Positions 45,790 through 56,063 of a stretch of 64,000 nt of DNA are shown piece after piece. The notes under the pieces were generated by a model. That model saw nothing but the letters and a program-made list of their open reading frames with translations. It ran no database searches and had not been told where the DNA came from. The first letter of the stretch is position 1. Each line of letters starts with the position of its first letter. Source of the DNA: Terriglobia bacterium (GTDB lineage: Bacteria; Acidobacteriota; Terriglobia; UBA7540; JAPUME01). The stretch spans positions 25,253-89,252 of the forward strand of contig CBDEGR010000001.1 of assembly GCA_965237895.1 (NCBI GenBank), written 5' to 3'. A program made the translations under genes and the position numbers.

Positions 45790-46860
45790 ATGACGAAAAA
45801 TCAGGACCGCTCCGAACAATACGTACGCCAGGTTGCAGACGAACTCATGGAACAGATCAAGGCGGGCGTGGCGCCGTGGCAGAAACCGTGGAAGCCGGGT
45901 GAGAAATGCATCTCGGAGAACCTCGCGACCGGCAAATCCTACACCGGCGGCAACAGCATCTACCTGATGTCGCGCGGCATCCGTCAGGGCCACGGAGATA
46001 ACCGCTGGGGAACCTACAAGCAGATCGAGACGGCGGGCGGCCACGTCCGCAAAGGGGAACGCGGCACCAAGGTGCTGTTTTACACCGATCGTGCCCGGAC
46101 CCCGGCCAAAGACGAGGCCGGAAAGCCGCTGAAGGACAAGGACGGCAAGCCGGTCTATGAGGAGTATCGACGCAGCCATCCCGTCGTGCGGCAGTACACG
46201 GTGTTCAACGTCGAGCAAGCCGACGGACTGAACCTGCCGCCGCGCGAAGCGCAAGCGCCGCCGGAGTGGAAGGCGCACGAGAAAGCGGAGATTGCGATCC
46301 GAAAGAGCGGCGTCAAGATAAGCCACGTTGCCGGAGATCAAGCGTACTACAGCCTCGACACAGATCGCGTGACGCTACCCGAACGCGGACAGTTTGCGAA
46401 GGCCATCGGCTACTACCAGACGGCGCTGCACGAACTGGGCCACGCCACCGGCCACGAAAGCCGCTTGAATCGGAAAACGCTGCAAGAAGGTATTGCGCAG
46501 GGATTCGGGAGCGAAGCCTACGCGCGCGAAGAACTGCGGGCAGAGATCAGCGCCATGATGACGGGCCAACGAGTAGGCGTCGGACATGACGGCGGGCGCG
46601 GCGCAGCCTACGTCGAGAACTGGCTCAAGGTGCTGCAGAAGGAGCCGCGCGAGATTTACCACGCGGCCAGCGAAGCGCAGAAAATCTCCGACTACCTCAC
46701 CCAACCGATGCGCGATCGAGCTGCCGAACAGGAAAAGAAGCAGGGAGAGCTGGCGCAGAAGTACTCCCACGCAGCCGGGCCGCAGATCAGCCACACACCC
46801 AGCCCCCAGGCGAAAGCGAAAGCACAGGAATTGGAACGGGACGCAGGCTCCAGTCGCTAG
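45790..46860 (+). CDS. ardC: ArdC-like antirestriction protein (N-terminal ssDNA-binding domain + zincin metalloprotease domain)
   Basis: APWQKPW, NLATGKSYTGGNSIYL, WGTYKQIETAGGHVRKGERGTKVLFY. HExxH as ALHELGHATGH. Confidence 0.85.
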   Translation: MTKNQDRSEQYVRQVADELMEQIKAGVAPWQKPWKPGEKCISENLATGKSYTGGNSIYLMSRGIRQGHGDNRWGTYKQIETAGGHVRKGERGTKVLFYTDRARTPAKDEAGKPLKDKDGKPVYEEYRRSHPVVRQYTVFNVEQADGLNLPPREAQAPPEWKAHEKAEIAIRKSGVKISHVAGDQAYYSLDTDRVTLPERGQFAKAIGYYQTALHELGHATGHESRLNRKTLQEGIAQGFGSEAYAREELRAEISAMMTGQRVGVGHDGGRGAAYVENWLKVLQKEPREIYHAASEAQKISDYLTQPMRDRAAEQEKKQGELAQKYSHAAGPQISHTPSPQAKAKAQELERDAGSSR

Positions 46861-46877
46861 CCCGGTGAGGATCACAG

Positions 46878-47786
46878 ATGTTTGACCGACTCGACATCCT
46901 GACCCGAGACGACAGCCGCAGTCGTACACCTATCCCCACCCGTTCGCGTTCCGACCGGGAACGCGAGCAGCCTCGCATGGGACATCGGCGCGAGCACGAA
47001 CCGCGCCAGGACAAACGCGGCTTTCAGGAGCGCGTCGAAGGGGCGCTGGCCGACGTAGGGATGTATCGCAACGTCTCCTACCGCGACCTGGTGGAGTCGC
47101 AATTCGGGGGACATCCCTACACGGCGCGGCGGGCTGTCGATCGCATGATACGAGACGGCCATATGCAGGAACACCAGACAAAGGGGCCGAGGGGCGGCAC
47201 ATACAAAGTGCTCACCTTGACCGAGGCCGGGGCGCGGAAAGCGCGCGATTACGCCGTCGAGCAGGGATTCGACAAGGAACAGCAAACCTGGTCCGGGCTG
47301 GTGAAGCGTGGCGAGTTGAGCCACGACACCGCCGTTTACCGGGCGGCTCGGATAGAGCAGCGGCGCCTTCTGCAACAAGGGGCCAGGATCCGTCGAGTAC
47401 GGATTGACGCCGAAATGAAAAAACAGGTGGCGCGGGCCACCGAAACGGCGCGGGCCACCGAAGGCAGGGCGGCGGCAGACGCAGCGCGGCGCAAGGCCGC
47501 TCAGGATTTAGAGCTGCCCATCCAAAAGGGCCGGGTCGTCTATCCCGACGCGCAGATTGAATATCTGGACAGCGAGGGCCGCAGCGGGCGCGTCAACGTC
47601 GAGATTGCCTCGGAACACTACAGCGGCCGCACCATCACCGCCAAAGCACAGGCCGGATTCCAGATGCACGGCAGCGGTGGACGGGCAATCGCCGCGATTC
47701 GCCGGGTGCTCGGCAATGGAGGGCGCGACGGCAGAGGCGGCGGCGCACCCGCACGGGGTGGGCGAGAGGGCTCGATCGAGCTATAA
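46878..47786 (+). CDS. Replication-relaxation-like wHTH protein
   Basis: VSYRDLVESQFGGHPYTARRAVDRMIRDGHMQEHQTKGPRGGTYKVLTLTEAGARKA (wHTH pattern) and C-terminal YPDAQIEYLDSEGRSGRVNVEIASEHY. Assignment is by resemblance only. Confidence 0.45.
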   Translation: MFDRLDILTRDDSRSRTPIPTRSRSDREREQPRMGHRREHEPRQDKRGFQERVEGALADVGMYRNVSYRDLVESQFGGHPYTARRAVDRMIRDGHMQEHQTKGPRGGTYKVLTLTEAGARKARDYAVEQGFDKEQQTWSGLVKRGELSHDTAVYRAARIEQRRLLQQGARIRRVRIDAEMKKQVARATETARATEGRAAADAARRKAAQDLELPIQKGRVVYPDAQIEYLDSEGRSGRVNVEIASEHYSGRTITAKAQAGFQMHGSGGRAIAAIRRVLGNGGRDGRGGGAPARGGREGSIEL

Positions 47787-47789
47787 GCT

Positions 47790-48110
47790 ATGCAACCCTG
47801 GAAAGTCAGTATCGGACTCACCGTGACCGCTTCAGGCGTGGTTGCGATCTTCGGCTTGCCGGAACTCTCCTATCTCAAACCGCACTGGAAGGTCCTGCTC
47901 CGCGACTACGGGTTGACCATCACCCTCTATGGCGGACTGGCCGTTGTCTCGTTCGCTTTCTCGATCTATGCAGGCGCCCGCTCTTTAGGACTGGCCGATT
48001 TAGGGCGCAAGGTTGATCTGGTGGAGCGTTCGATCCGGCGCGGAGAGGGCGGCGACCCCGAACTCGCAGAGGCTTTGCACAATCAGTCAAAGGGGAAGTT
48101 TCCGGACTGA
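47790..48110 (+). CDS. Small membrane protein (2 TM)
   Basis: Two hydrophobic helices. Sits immediately before the pilin gene. Confidence 0.5.
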   Translation: MQPWKVSIGLTVTASGVVAIFGLPELSYLKPHWKVLLRDYGLTITLYGGLAVVSFAFSIYAGARSLGLADLGRKVDLVERSIRRGEGGDPELAEALHNQSKGKFPD

Positions 48111-48140
48111 CTACCAACCGAACCAACAAAGGAGCAAGTC

Positions 48141-48431
48141 ATGACTTCACGATTTCCCAAATTCCGTACCGCGGCGCTAATGACCGGCATGGGTTTGCTG
48201 ATGCAACAGGAGCTTTTAGCCCAGGGCGTGAGTCCGTGGCTTGATGCGATCAACGTGCTACAGACGGCCTTCACCGGCCCCATCGCGCGCGGGCTGAGCC
48301 TGATTGCCATTGTGGTGGGCGGACTGATGTTCGCATTTGGCGAGGGCGGCAGCAAGCGGGCTTTGGCCGGGATCATATTCGGATTAGGCATGGCGATGGG
48401 CGCAGCCAATTTCCTGACCTGGTTGTTCTGA
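48141..48431 (+). CDS. virB2: VirB2/TrbC-family T4SS pilin
   Basis: Long signal peptide, two hydrophobic helices (GLSLIAIVVGGLMFAFGEG; IIFGLGMAMGAANFLTWLF), size and position typical. Confidence 0.7.
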   Translation: MTSRFPKFRTAALMTGMGLLMQQELLAQGVSPWLDAINVLQTAFTGPIARGLSLIAIVVGGLMFAFGEGGSKRALAGIIFGLGMAMGAANFLTWLF

Positions 48432-48730
48432 TGCAGGGCGCGAAGACGTGGCCGGCCTATCCGGCCTTGAGCGCGCCGCTCACGATCATGGGAGTCGAGC
48501 GCCGCTGGTTTCTGCTCAGCGCCATGTTGGGGCTGGCCATGTGGAACGCCATCAACTCACTGGTGACGGGCGGCGTGATCTTCGTGGTGCTCTACGGCGC
48601 CGGCTGGTTTGCGTGGCGCGAGGACCCCAACATGGTTGAAATCCTGCGAGCCTCTACTCGTTTCAAGGCCCGCTACGATCCCGGCAAGTGGGCCGATTCC
48701 CCCTGGTATCTGCTAATCCGAGGGCGCTGA
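48431..48730 (+). CDS. virB3: VirB3/TrbD-family protein
   Basis: PLTIMGVERRWFLLSAMLGLAMW.., about 100 aa. TGATG overlaps on both sides. Confidence 0.75.
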   Translation: MQGAKTWPAYPALSAPLTIMGVERRWFLLSAMLGLAMWNAINSLVTGGVIFVVLYGAGWFAWREDPNMVEILRASTRFKARYDPGKWADSPWYLLIRGR

Positions 48731-51171
48731 TGAATGTGGACCAAGAACTATCCGACTACAACGCAGCAGGGGCGCTGGCCGAGGAAATCCCTTATTGGGG
48801 TTGGCTGGAGGACGGGCGAACCTGTTTGACCCGTTCCGGCGAACTGGTGAGCATAGCGCGGCTATCGCCCGCCGTGCTGGACGGGCGAACACCCGAACAG
48901 ATGGACACGGTGCTGGAGCGCTGGCAGCGGATGCTTTCCGGGGCCGATTCCTGGACGCGCATTTACTTCTATCTGTTTCGCCGGGCCCCTCGATTCGATC
49001 CCGGAGAGCTGGGCGAGCAATCCACCGTTGCCGCCATCTCGCAGCGGCGGCGGCGGTCTTTCCTGAGCAGGCGCGTGCAAGACATCCAGACCTATATTGC
49101 CTGGTGTCACGATCCCCGGCTCTCATCCGCCTCCAAAGGCCGGTCGAATCAAGCTTGGTGGAAATCCTACCTGCAGCACTGGCTTGCCCGGCGGCGCAAC
49201 CCGCATGAATCGGTCTATCTACTCACCGAGATTGAAGCGGCCGCGGGGCGCTTCCGCCAGTTGGTCGATGCCTCATGCGCCCTGGTATCGGACTTGACGC
49301 CGCTCGAGCTGCTGGACGCCGAGGCGGGATCAGGTGTCTTGAGCGAGCTCATCAATCGACCCGGCCGCCCCGGCGGCGGCTGGGAGGGAGCCACCGGAAG
49401 CGGCATGAACTGGCGGCTGGCCCGAAGCGAGCTGGAGGCCGAGCGGCGTTACCTACGCCTGGACGGCGAGCCCGTCATTCTGTACTCGCTGCTATCGCCC
49501 CCAGGTGGTGCGAGGGCAAACCTGTTGAACGACCTGTACCGCCTCGACGCCACCATGACCGTGGCGCTGGAATGGCGGCCCTGGGAGTTCGATTCAGCAC
49601 GGCGGAAGATACGCGGGGCGCAGCGGCATTACTTCTCGAAGCGCTACTCCATGATGGCTCACATGCAGGAGACCGAGGGCACCAGCTCGGCGATGGTCGA
49701 CAGCGCCGCCGATGCGGAATCCAGCCGCTTGGGGAATGCGCTGGTAGAACTTGAAACGGAAGGGATCGCCTACGGCGACCTGGCGCTCACCATCTCGCTG
49801 CACGGTGACCTGGAGCAGACCGAACGGCTGGACGGTGATATCCACCGCATCTTTGCCAGTCACGACGCCAAGGCGATCCGGGAAGGGTACGGCCAGTTGG
49901 CAACCTGGTTCTGCCGCATACCGGCGCAGCCGAGAAAGCGGCAGGTCCGATCCGTCTTTGTTTCGGCCGGAGCTGCAGCTTGCATGGCTCCGATATTTGG
50001 GCCGCCAAGTGGTAACCCACGGAGCGGCCACTTGCGACGCGACGCGCTGGCGATCCTGGAAACGCAGTGGAAGACGCCTTACTACTACGATCTGTTCCAC
50101 GGCGACGTGGGACACACCCTGGTGCTGGGGGCGACCGGCGCGGGCAAGAGCTTCACGTTGAACTTTTTGCTTGTGCAGGCTCTACAGTACGATCCCCGAG
50201 TTCTGATTCTCGATTTGGGCGGTTCCTACCGTTGGCTGACCCGCTTTCTGGGAGGCGGCTATCTGGAACTCTCCCCCGACGACGATGCCGGCGAGGGAGG
50301 CTTCCGCTTGCGGCCTTTCGCGCTGCCGGCAGGAGAGCGTACCTTTCAGTTTTTGACGGGCTGGATCACGCGCCTGCTCCGCATCGGCGGCTGGCAGGTG
50401 AGCGGGGAAGACCCCAGCGAGATCCGCGCCCGCATCGAGGACCTGTACGCGTTCGGGCCGGAGCGCCGCACCTTGGGGGTGCTGGTGAAGAGCTTGCCCT
50501 CCAAGATGTGGCCCGCGCTAGGGCGCTGGTACGGCGAGGGCGCTTGGGGAAAATACTTCGACAACCCGGCGGGCGAGAAAGACCTCGAGCTTGCCGACTG
50601 GCAGGTGATCGATCTGGCCGGAGCCGCCGAGCATGAGGACTTATGCGAGGCGGCGCTGTTCTATCTTCTGGAGCGGATGCGGCTGGCGCTGGAGAATCCA
50701 GCCGAGACGGCGCGTGTGAAGTTGATGGTGGTGGACGAAGCCTGGCGGTATCTCCGCGATCCGGCGGTGCTGAGCTATCTCGCCGAGGCCGCCAAGACCT
50801 GGAGGAAGAAGAATGCGGCCTTGATTATGGCGACGCAAAGCGCCGTGGACGTGACCGGCACCGCCGGAGCCGAGGCGTTGCTGGAATCCATGCCGACCAA
50901 GCTTTTCCTTGCCAACCCGGAGCTGCCGGCCAAGGCAGCCGACATCTTTCGCCTGAATCCCTCCGAGGTGGACACCATACGCGGTTTGATACCCAAGCGC
51001 GAGCTGTATCTGCGGCGGCCGGAGGCGGCCGGCAAACTTCGACTCGAAGTGGACCCGCAAAGCTACTGGCTCTATACCAGCTCGCCCCGCGACGCCCAGG
51101 CGCGGGCGGAGGCGGTAGAACTGCATGGTCTGGAGGGTGCGCTCGAATATCTAGCAAACCAACGGAGGTAG
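48730..51171 (+). CDS. virB4: VirB4/TrbE-family T4SS ATPase
   Basis: Walker A LVLGATGAGKSF, Walker B LMVVDEAW, ATQS. Start ATG 48730 overlaps the virB3 stop. Confidence 0.95.
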   Translation: MNVDQELSDYNAAGALAEEIPYWGWLEDGRTCLTRSGELVSIARLSPAVLDGRTPEQMDTVLERWQRMLSGADSWTRIYFYLFRRAPRFDPGELGEQSTVAAISQRRRRSFLSRRVQDIQTYIAWCHDPRLSSASKGRSNQAWWKSYLQHWLARRRNPHESVYLLTEIEAAAGRFRQLVDASCALVSDLTPLELLDAEAGSGVLSELINRPGRPGGGWEGATGSGMNWRLARSELEAERRYLRLDGEPVILYSLLSPPGGARANLLNDLYRLDATMTVALEWRPWEFDSARRKIRGAQRHYFSKRYSMMAHMQETEGTSSAMVDSAADAESSRLGNALVELETEGIAYGDLALTISLHGDLEQTERLDGDIHRIFASHDAKAIREGYGQLATWFCRIPAQPRKRQVRSVFVSAGAAACMAPIFGPPSGNPRSGHLRRDALAILETQWKTPYYYDLFHGDVGHTLVLGATGAGKSFTLNFLLVQALQYDPRVLILDLGGSYRWLTRFLGGGYLELSPDDDAGEGGFRLRPFALPAGERTFQFLTGWITRLLRIGGWQVSGEDPSEIRARIEDLYAFGPERRTLGVLVKSLPSKMWPALGRWYGEGAWGKYFDNPAGEKDLELADWQVIDLAGAAEHEDLCEAALFYLLERMRLALENPAETARVKLMVVDEAWRYLRDPAVLSYLAEAAKTWRKKNAALIMATQSAVDVTGTAGAEALLESMPTKLFLANPELPAKAADIFRLNPSEVDTIRGLIPKRELYLRRPEAAGKLRLEVDPQSYWLYTSSPRDAQARAEAVELHGLEGALEYLANQRR

Positions 51172-51175
51172 CACC

Positions 51176-52051
51176 ATGAAACTCATCATACTTGCCGTTC
51201 TGATATTGCTGACGGCAATACCCATCACCGCACAGGAAACACCGGAAGCGGCGGCTGCGCTCAGCGCCGCCAGCACGGCGGAAGCAGCAATAATCCGCGT
51301 GGGCGACAACCCGGATCGGATCATCCGCGTGCGCACCAGAGTGCGTCACACCACCGTGATCCAGCTTCCGGGACGCGAGAACATTCTTGACTTTGTGGTA
51401 GGCGATTCCGAGTACTGGCACTTAACTGGAGCGGCCAATCTCGCCTTTCTGAAACCGATCAGCGAGGGCGTCAATACCAACGTCGCCCTGGTCTGCGAAT
51501 CCGGGCGCATCTACTCCTTCCTTGTCTCCGAGCAGCCCGGCCAACCGCATTTAGTCGTGCGGATCGCCAGCGCGGCCGAGAGCGACCCCCGGATTTCACC
51601 CGGCGGGCATGAGCCCGTCTTTGTGGCGCGGGATCAGGTTGCAGGCTATCAACAGATGGCGGAGCAGGCGCGGCAAACCGCCGTGGCCGCGCAGGCCCAG
51701 GCGGAACAGCAGATCGCGGCAGTACGGCAGGAGGCCGAGGCAGAGATCAATTCCTTCCGGGCCGTCTATCCCACGCGCATAAAGTTTCCCTACCGGTTAG
51801 CCGACAAGGCGCGCAAGTGGCCGTTCCTGGTGCAAGGGATGTGGCACGACGGGCAATTCACCTATCTGCGCTCCAACGCTCAGGAGTCCCCGGCGCTCTA
51901 TGAGATCAAAGACGGCAAACCGGCGCTGGTAGCCTACGACCTGACCGAGGACGGTCTGTATGTCGCCCGGCACCTGCTGGGCGATGGATGGCTACAGATC
52001 GGAAAGGAAAAGGCTCAGTGGAAGGTTGAAAAACGGGAGCTTGAACCATGA
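51176..52051 (+). CDS. virB9: VirB9/TrbG-like outer-membrane core component
   Basis: Signal peptide. TTVIQLPGRENILDFVVGDSEYWHLTGAANLAFLKPISEGVNTNVALVCESGRIYSFLV follows the VirB9/CagX N-domain pattern. Confidence 0.7.
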   Translation: MKLIILAVLILLTAIPITAQETPEAAAALSAASTAEAAIIRVGDNPDRIIRVRTRVRHTTVIQLPGRENILDFVVGDSEYWHLTGAANLAFLKPISEGVNTNVALVCESGRIYSFLVSEQPGQPHLVVRIASAAESDPRISPGGHEPVFVARDQVAGYQQMAEQARQTAVAAQAQAEQQIAAVRQEAEAEINSFRAVYPTRIKFPYRLADKARKWPFLVQGMWHDGQFTYLRSNAQESPALYEIKDGKPALVAYDLTEDGLYVARHLLGDGWLQIGKEKAQWKVEKRELEP

Positions 52052-53382
52052 GCCAATGGAAACGGATCCACGAACAGGCGACCGGCGCTTTGCCGGTCGC
52101 CACCCTCACCAAATGGGGAGCAGCGTTGATTGCCTTGCTGCTCGCCGCGTTTCTGCTCACGCAATCCATCTTTAACTCCGCGCCGGAGGAAGTCGAAGTG
52201 GCGGCCACCGGGGGACAAGAACCGGCAGGACCCGGCGCGCAAGCGCAGGTTGCAGCCCGCATCCGCGAAGAAGGGTTGAGACAGGAGGCACAACGGCAAG
52301 CGGCGGAGCGAGACCTCCAACGGCGGCGGGAACTCGGAATTACCCCCCCGCGCGCCACCGCTTCGATGTTGCCGGGCGGCATTATCGGCGGCGATCCGAT
52401 CATGCCGTCGAGCGAAGCCGAGGCGGAATTGAGAGAGGTATTGCGCCTGGAAGAGATCGAGCGGCGCAACCGCTCACTCCGGTCCGCGCCGGTTGCGCAG
52501 ACCTACCGGGGAGTGAACGACACACCACCGTTGCAAGCGGCGGCGGAGAGTGCAGCGCCGGAGATCTCATCCGGCACGCAAACCGCGCAGGCGTTTGAGC
52601 CGCCCCCGGCCACAGGACAGAGCTTCCAACAATCGCTGGAGATGTTCCGGGAGGCCGTCACCGACCTGGAAGCCTCGCAAACCGATCCAGCTCAGGAGCC
52701 GCCGCCGGAGCATGAAGGAGAGTTGACCCTGCCACCCGGACTCGGAGCGGCGGCAGAGGCACTTGCCGCGCCGACGAAGGACTACGAGAATCCAACTCCG
52801 AGCGTCGAACCCGCAGACCCGCCCGGCTTCGAGCGAATCTATGAAGGCTCGTTCCTGGAGGCGGTGCTGGTGACCCAGCTTTCCGGCGACTTTCCCGGCC
52901 CGGTGCTGGCGGCGGTGTCGGTTCCGTTTTACTCCGCCGATCGGCAGAGAGTTTTGGTTCCCCGAGGATCGAGAGTGATCGGCACGGCGGCGGCTGTCAC
53001 CTCCCAGGATCAGTCCCGGCTGGTGGTGGGCTTTCACCGCTTGCTGTTTCCCGACGGCCGCTGGGTTGCCCTCGACTTTCACGGACTCAATCAAGTCGGC
53101 GAAGGAGCATTGAAGGACCAGGTGAACCGGCATTACCTCTCCATGTTTGCGGCTGTCGGAGCAGTCGGGGTGATCTCCGGCCTGACCTTGCAAGGCAGCG
53201 ATCCATATGCCGGTGGTGCCCAAGGTTTCCGCGCTGGCAGCGGGCAAGGACTGGGTCGGAGCGCCACCCAAATCTTGCAGCGCTTTCTGAATCGTTTTCC
53301 CACCATCACGATTCGCGCCGGTCACCGGCTGCGTATCTGGTTCACTTCCGACGTACTGGTTCTCCGTCCCGCAGGACGGTGA
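52048..53382 (+). CDS. virB10: VirB10/TrbI-family core component
   Basis: N-terminal TM, Pro-rich region. C-terminus FLEAVLVTQLSGDFPGPVLAAVSVPFYSADRQRVLVPRGSRVIG..GALKDQVNRHY..TITIRAGHRLRIWFTSDV. Confidence 0.85.
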   Translation: MSQWKRIHEQATGALPVATLTKWGAALIALLLAAFLLTQSIFNSAPEEVEVAATGGQEPAGPGAQAQVAARIREEGLRQEAQRQAAERDLQRRRELGITPPRATASMLPGGIIGGDPIMPSSEAEAELREVLRLEEIERRNRSLRSAPVAQTYRGVNDTPPLQAAAESAAPEISSGTQTAQAFEPPPATGQSFQQSLEMFREAVTDLEASQTDPAQEPPPEHEGELTLPPGLGAAAEALAAPTKDYENPTPSVEPADPPGFERIYEGSFLEAVLVTQLSGDFPGPVLAAVSVPFYSADRQRVLVPRGSRVIGTAAAVTSQDQSRLVVGFHRLLFPDGRWVALDFHGLNQVGEGALKDQVNRHYLSMFAAVGAVGVISGLTLQGSDPYAGGAQGFRAGSGQGLGRSATQILQRFLNRFPTITIRAGHRLRIWFTSDVLVLRPAGR

Positions 53383-53408
53383 ACCACAACCCTGAAAGGA
53401 GACATACC

Positions 53409-54296
53409 ATGAGAATCCGAACCTGGCTGACTCTGTTTTTCCTGCCCCTGTTTGCGGGAGGCACCGCGTATGCCTTTTTCGACATCAGCGCTCCGTTCCA
53501 ACGGGCCTTGATGATCGCCAACCAAGTCACCCTGATCGCCAACCAGGTGGCGCAACTGGCAACCATGAATCAGCAGCTCGGCAAGCTGACCGAGCAGTTC
53601 ACCCACATCAAGGATTCCACCTTGGGGCAGGTGGGAGCGATCACCCAACCGTTCACCGATCTGGCTTCGGTGCCCGGCCGGCTCATCGGCACCGGCATGT
53701 CCTGGAAATCCGATTTTACCGGCGCAGCCGGTGAGCTGGCTACGGCGGTAGAACAGTTAAGCGACGGCACATCGTTCACAGGAGCATGGCGCACCAAGCT
53801 GCAACAGGCCGACCAGACATCGGAGCAGGACATCCTGACGGCATACGCTGATCTACCCGTTCGGCTGGCAACCCAAGCAGCCGAAAACTACCGCAACCAG
53901 CGCGAGCGCGGCGAGCAAGCCACCGTCCTCAACTACGCCGTGTCAGATGCGGCCTCGGAAGCGACGGAAGCGATCAAATCGGCGCTTGATTCCTACGACG
54001 GGCTTCGCTCCAACGCCAATAGATCCGTTACCGCACTCGGCCAGGCTCAGGTCGCGGGACTGGTCACGCAGGGACAGTTGACCGCCGCCATGGCGCAGTT
54101 GCAAGCATTCCAGGCAGCGCAGGATGCGGCGGAGGAACTGGAAACCGAGCGGCGCCGGCGCGAGCGCTTGAACGCGATCGTCGCAGCCCGGAGGCAAGGC
54201 CGGCAGATGTACAACGACCGGATGGCCGGGATTACGGCGCTATCCGACGGCGGAGCCAGTCTCAGGATGCGAGTGCACACCCTGTACGCCCCTTGA
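53409..54296 (+). CDS. VirB5/TrbJ-like secreted coiled-coil protein
   Basis: Signal peptide ending GGTAYA. ANQVTLIANQVAQLATMNQQLGKLTEQFTHIK heptads. Its position between virB10 and virB6 supports the call. Confidence 0.5.
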   Translation: MRIRTWLTLFFLPLFAGGTAYAFFDISAPFQRALMIANQVTLIANQVAQLATMNQQLGKLTEQFTHIKDSTLGQVGAITQPFTDLASVPGRLIGTGMSWKSDFTGAAGELATAVEQLSDGTSFTGAWRTKLQQADQTSEQDILTAYADLPVRLATQAAENYRNQRERGEQATVLNYAVSDAASEATEAIKSALDSYDGLRSNANRSVTALGQAQVAGLVTQGQLTAAMAQLQAFQAAQDAAEELETERRRRERLNAIVAARRQGRQMYNDRMAGITALSDGGASLRMRVHTLYAP

Positions 54297-54403
54297 TTCC
54301 GGGCGACGGAGGAGCGAGTCTCAGGACGCGAGTGCATCCCCGACATGACGGCCAGTGAGAAAGACCCGATTGGGGCGGAGAGCGCCCCATGAAGTAGGCA
54401 GCG

Positions 54404-55396
54404 ATGCAAATTCAAATCGATCCCAGCGTTCCCACCAACATCCCGCCCGGGCAACTCGACGACTTCAAGGGCTTCCTGGACACGGTGATGGACACCATTA
54501 TCGGCACCAGTGGGCCGACCTTGCTGAGCGCCGGACAAACCCTCTGGACCGGGCTGGCCGCCATCATGGTCGTCTGGACCGGGGTGCGGATTGCCTTATC
54601 CGGCAACTTCCAGCCCTGGGAGGTCATCAAGCTCATTATCGGCTTGTGGATTCCGTGGGCCATGCTGAACTTCTACGCCACCCCCCTTCCCCCGCCGGCA
54701 GACGCCTTCACCTTCCCGGGGGTGATCGTGGGCGGCGGGAACTGGCTGATGGACTTTTTCATCTCCGACATCAATACCGCCATGCGAACCGAATTATCCA
54801 TCATGATCAACAATCACTTGACCGGCATTCACGAGGCGTGGGACGCCTACGACCTTTATGACCTGATGACTTCCGGCGCCGGCGCCCTCAGCACGCTGTT
54901 TACGGCTACGGCGATGTTGATTTTCGTGGGGAGCTGTCTGGTTCTGCTCTATTGCATCACCTACGCGCAGGTGCTCTGGGCGCAGATTGCGATTGCCATT
55001 CTCATCTTTCTAGGGCCGCTCTTCATCCCCTGGCTGCTGTTTGAGCCGCTGTCGTTTCTGTTCTGGGGCTGGTTCCGATCCTTGATCGTTTTCAGCCTCT
55101 ACGGCGCTCTGGCCGGAGCCGTCATGCGGGTTTTCATGGGCGTCGGACTGGGCTATGTAACCACCTTTTCCAACACCACTCTCACCCTCGATGCGACCGC
55201 AATGGGAGGTTGGGTGCTGATTGTCCTGCCCTTGTTCGTGGCCGGTGTGCTGGCATCCCTCAAGGTCGGCGAGCTGGCCGGTATGCTGGTCACCGGAAGC
55301 GGCAGCGGCGGCTCCGGTCTGACGGGACTGGCAATGATGGCGGCCAGCGGCGGCAAGACGGCGGGCGCGGCAGGAGCCGCCAAGGTGGTGAAGTAA
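54404..55396 (+). CDS. virB6: VirB6/TrbL-family inner-membrane component
   Basis: Five to six TM helices and a Gly/Ser/Ala-rich C-terminal tail, as in TrbL. Confidence 0.8.
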   Translation: MQIQIDPSVPTNIPPGQLDDFKGFLDTVMDTIIGTSGPTLLSAGQTLWTGLAAIMVVWTGVRIALSGNFQPWEVIKLIIGLWIPWAMLNFYATPLPPPADAFTFPGVIVGGGNWLMDFFISDINTAMRTELSIMINNHLTGIHEAWDAYDLYDLMTSGAGALSTLFTATAMLIFVGSCLVLLYCITYAQVLWAQIAIAILIFLGPLFIPWLLFEPLSFLFWGWFRSLIVFSLYGALAGAVMRVFMGVGLGYVTTFSNTTLTLDATAMGGWVLIVLPLFVAGVLASLKVGELAGMLVTGSGSGGSGLTGLAMMAASGGKTAGAAGAAKVVK

Positions 55397-56061
55397 TGAG
55401 TAACGAAAAAGACGAAACCGGAAAGACCTACGCCGAGATCTGGGGCGAGGCAATTCACTCCAACCGGCACTTGCGCGTCCTGTCGATGGGCCTGGCCGGG
55501 CTCTGTCTGTTGCTGATAATAGTCATCATCCGCCTGTCGTCGGTGGAAGCTCCCCGGCCCATCGTCGTCCGCGTGGACGAGGTAGGCCGGGCCGAGGCGC
55601 TGTCCTATGAGACGGTCGAGGCCCAGGCCGATCCGCTGGACCCCACCACCAAGTATTTCCTCAATCGCTTCATCGACGACTACTACTCCCGGCGGCGGGC
55701 CACCGTCGCGCAGGCGTGGGCCCGCAGCCTCCGCTTTTTGACTACCGGGCTAGCCAACGAAGCCTTCCGGGCCGAAGGCCAGAATGTCGCCATGCTGGCG
55801 GCGGGAGTCGCAAGAGAAGAACTCCAGGTCGAGCGCGTGGTCTTACGGATTCAAGCCAACCAGGAGGAACCCCACGGCGCGACCGCCGATTTCGACCTGG
55901 TGCGCCTGGAGAACGCGGTCGAGACGGAGCGGGAGCGCTGGACGCTCTCCCTGCAGTTCATCTTCCTGGAGACGATCCCCCCCGAAATGATGGTTTTCAA
56001 TCCCATGGGAATCATCATCACCTATCTGCGAGGCGACCGGGCTTTGGTGACCGGCGGGTAG
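55396..56061 (+). CDS. virB8: VirB8/TrbF-like component
   Basis: Short cytoplasmic N-terminus, one TM (VLSMGLAGLCLLLIIVIIRL), NTF2-like periplasmic part (KYFLNRFIDDYYSR). TAATG overlap with virB6. Confidence 0.7.
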   Translation: MSNEKDETGKTYAEIWGEAIHSNRHLRVLSMGLAGLCLLLIIVIIRLSSVEAPRPIVVRVDEVGRAEALSYETVEAQADPLDPTTKYFLNRFIDDYYSRRRATVAQAWARSLRFLTTGLANEAFRAEGQNVAMLAAGVAREELQVERVVLRIQANQEEPHGATADFDLVRLENAVETERERWTLSLQFIFLETIPPEMMVFNPMGIIITYLRGDRALVTGG

Positions 56062-56063
56062 TG

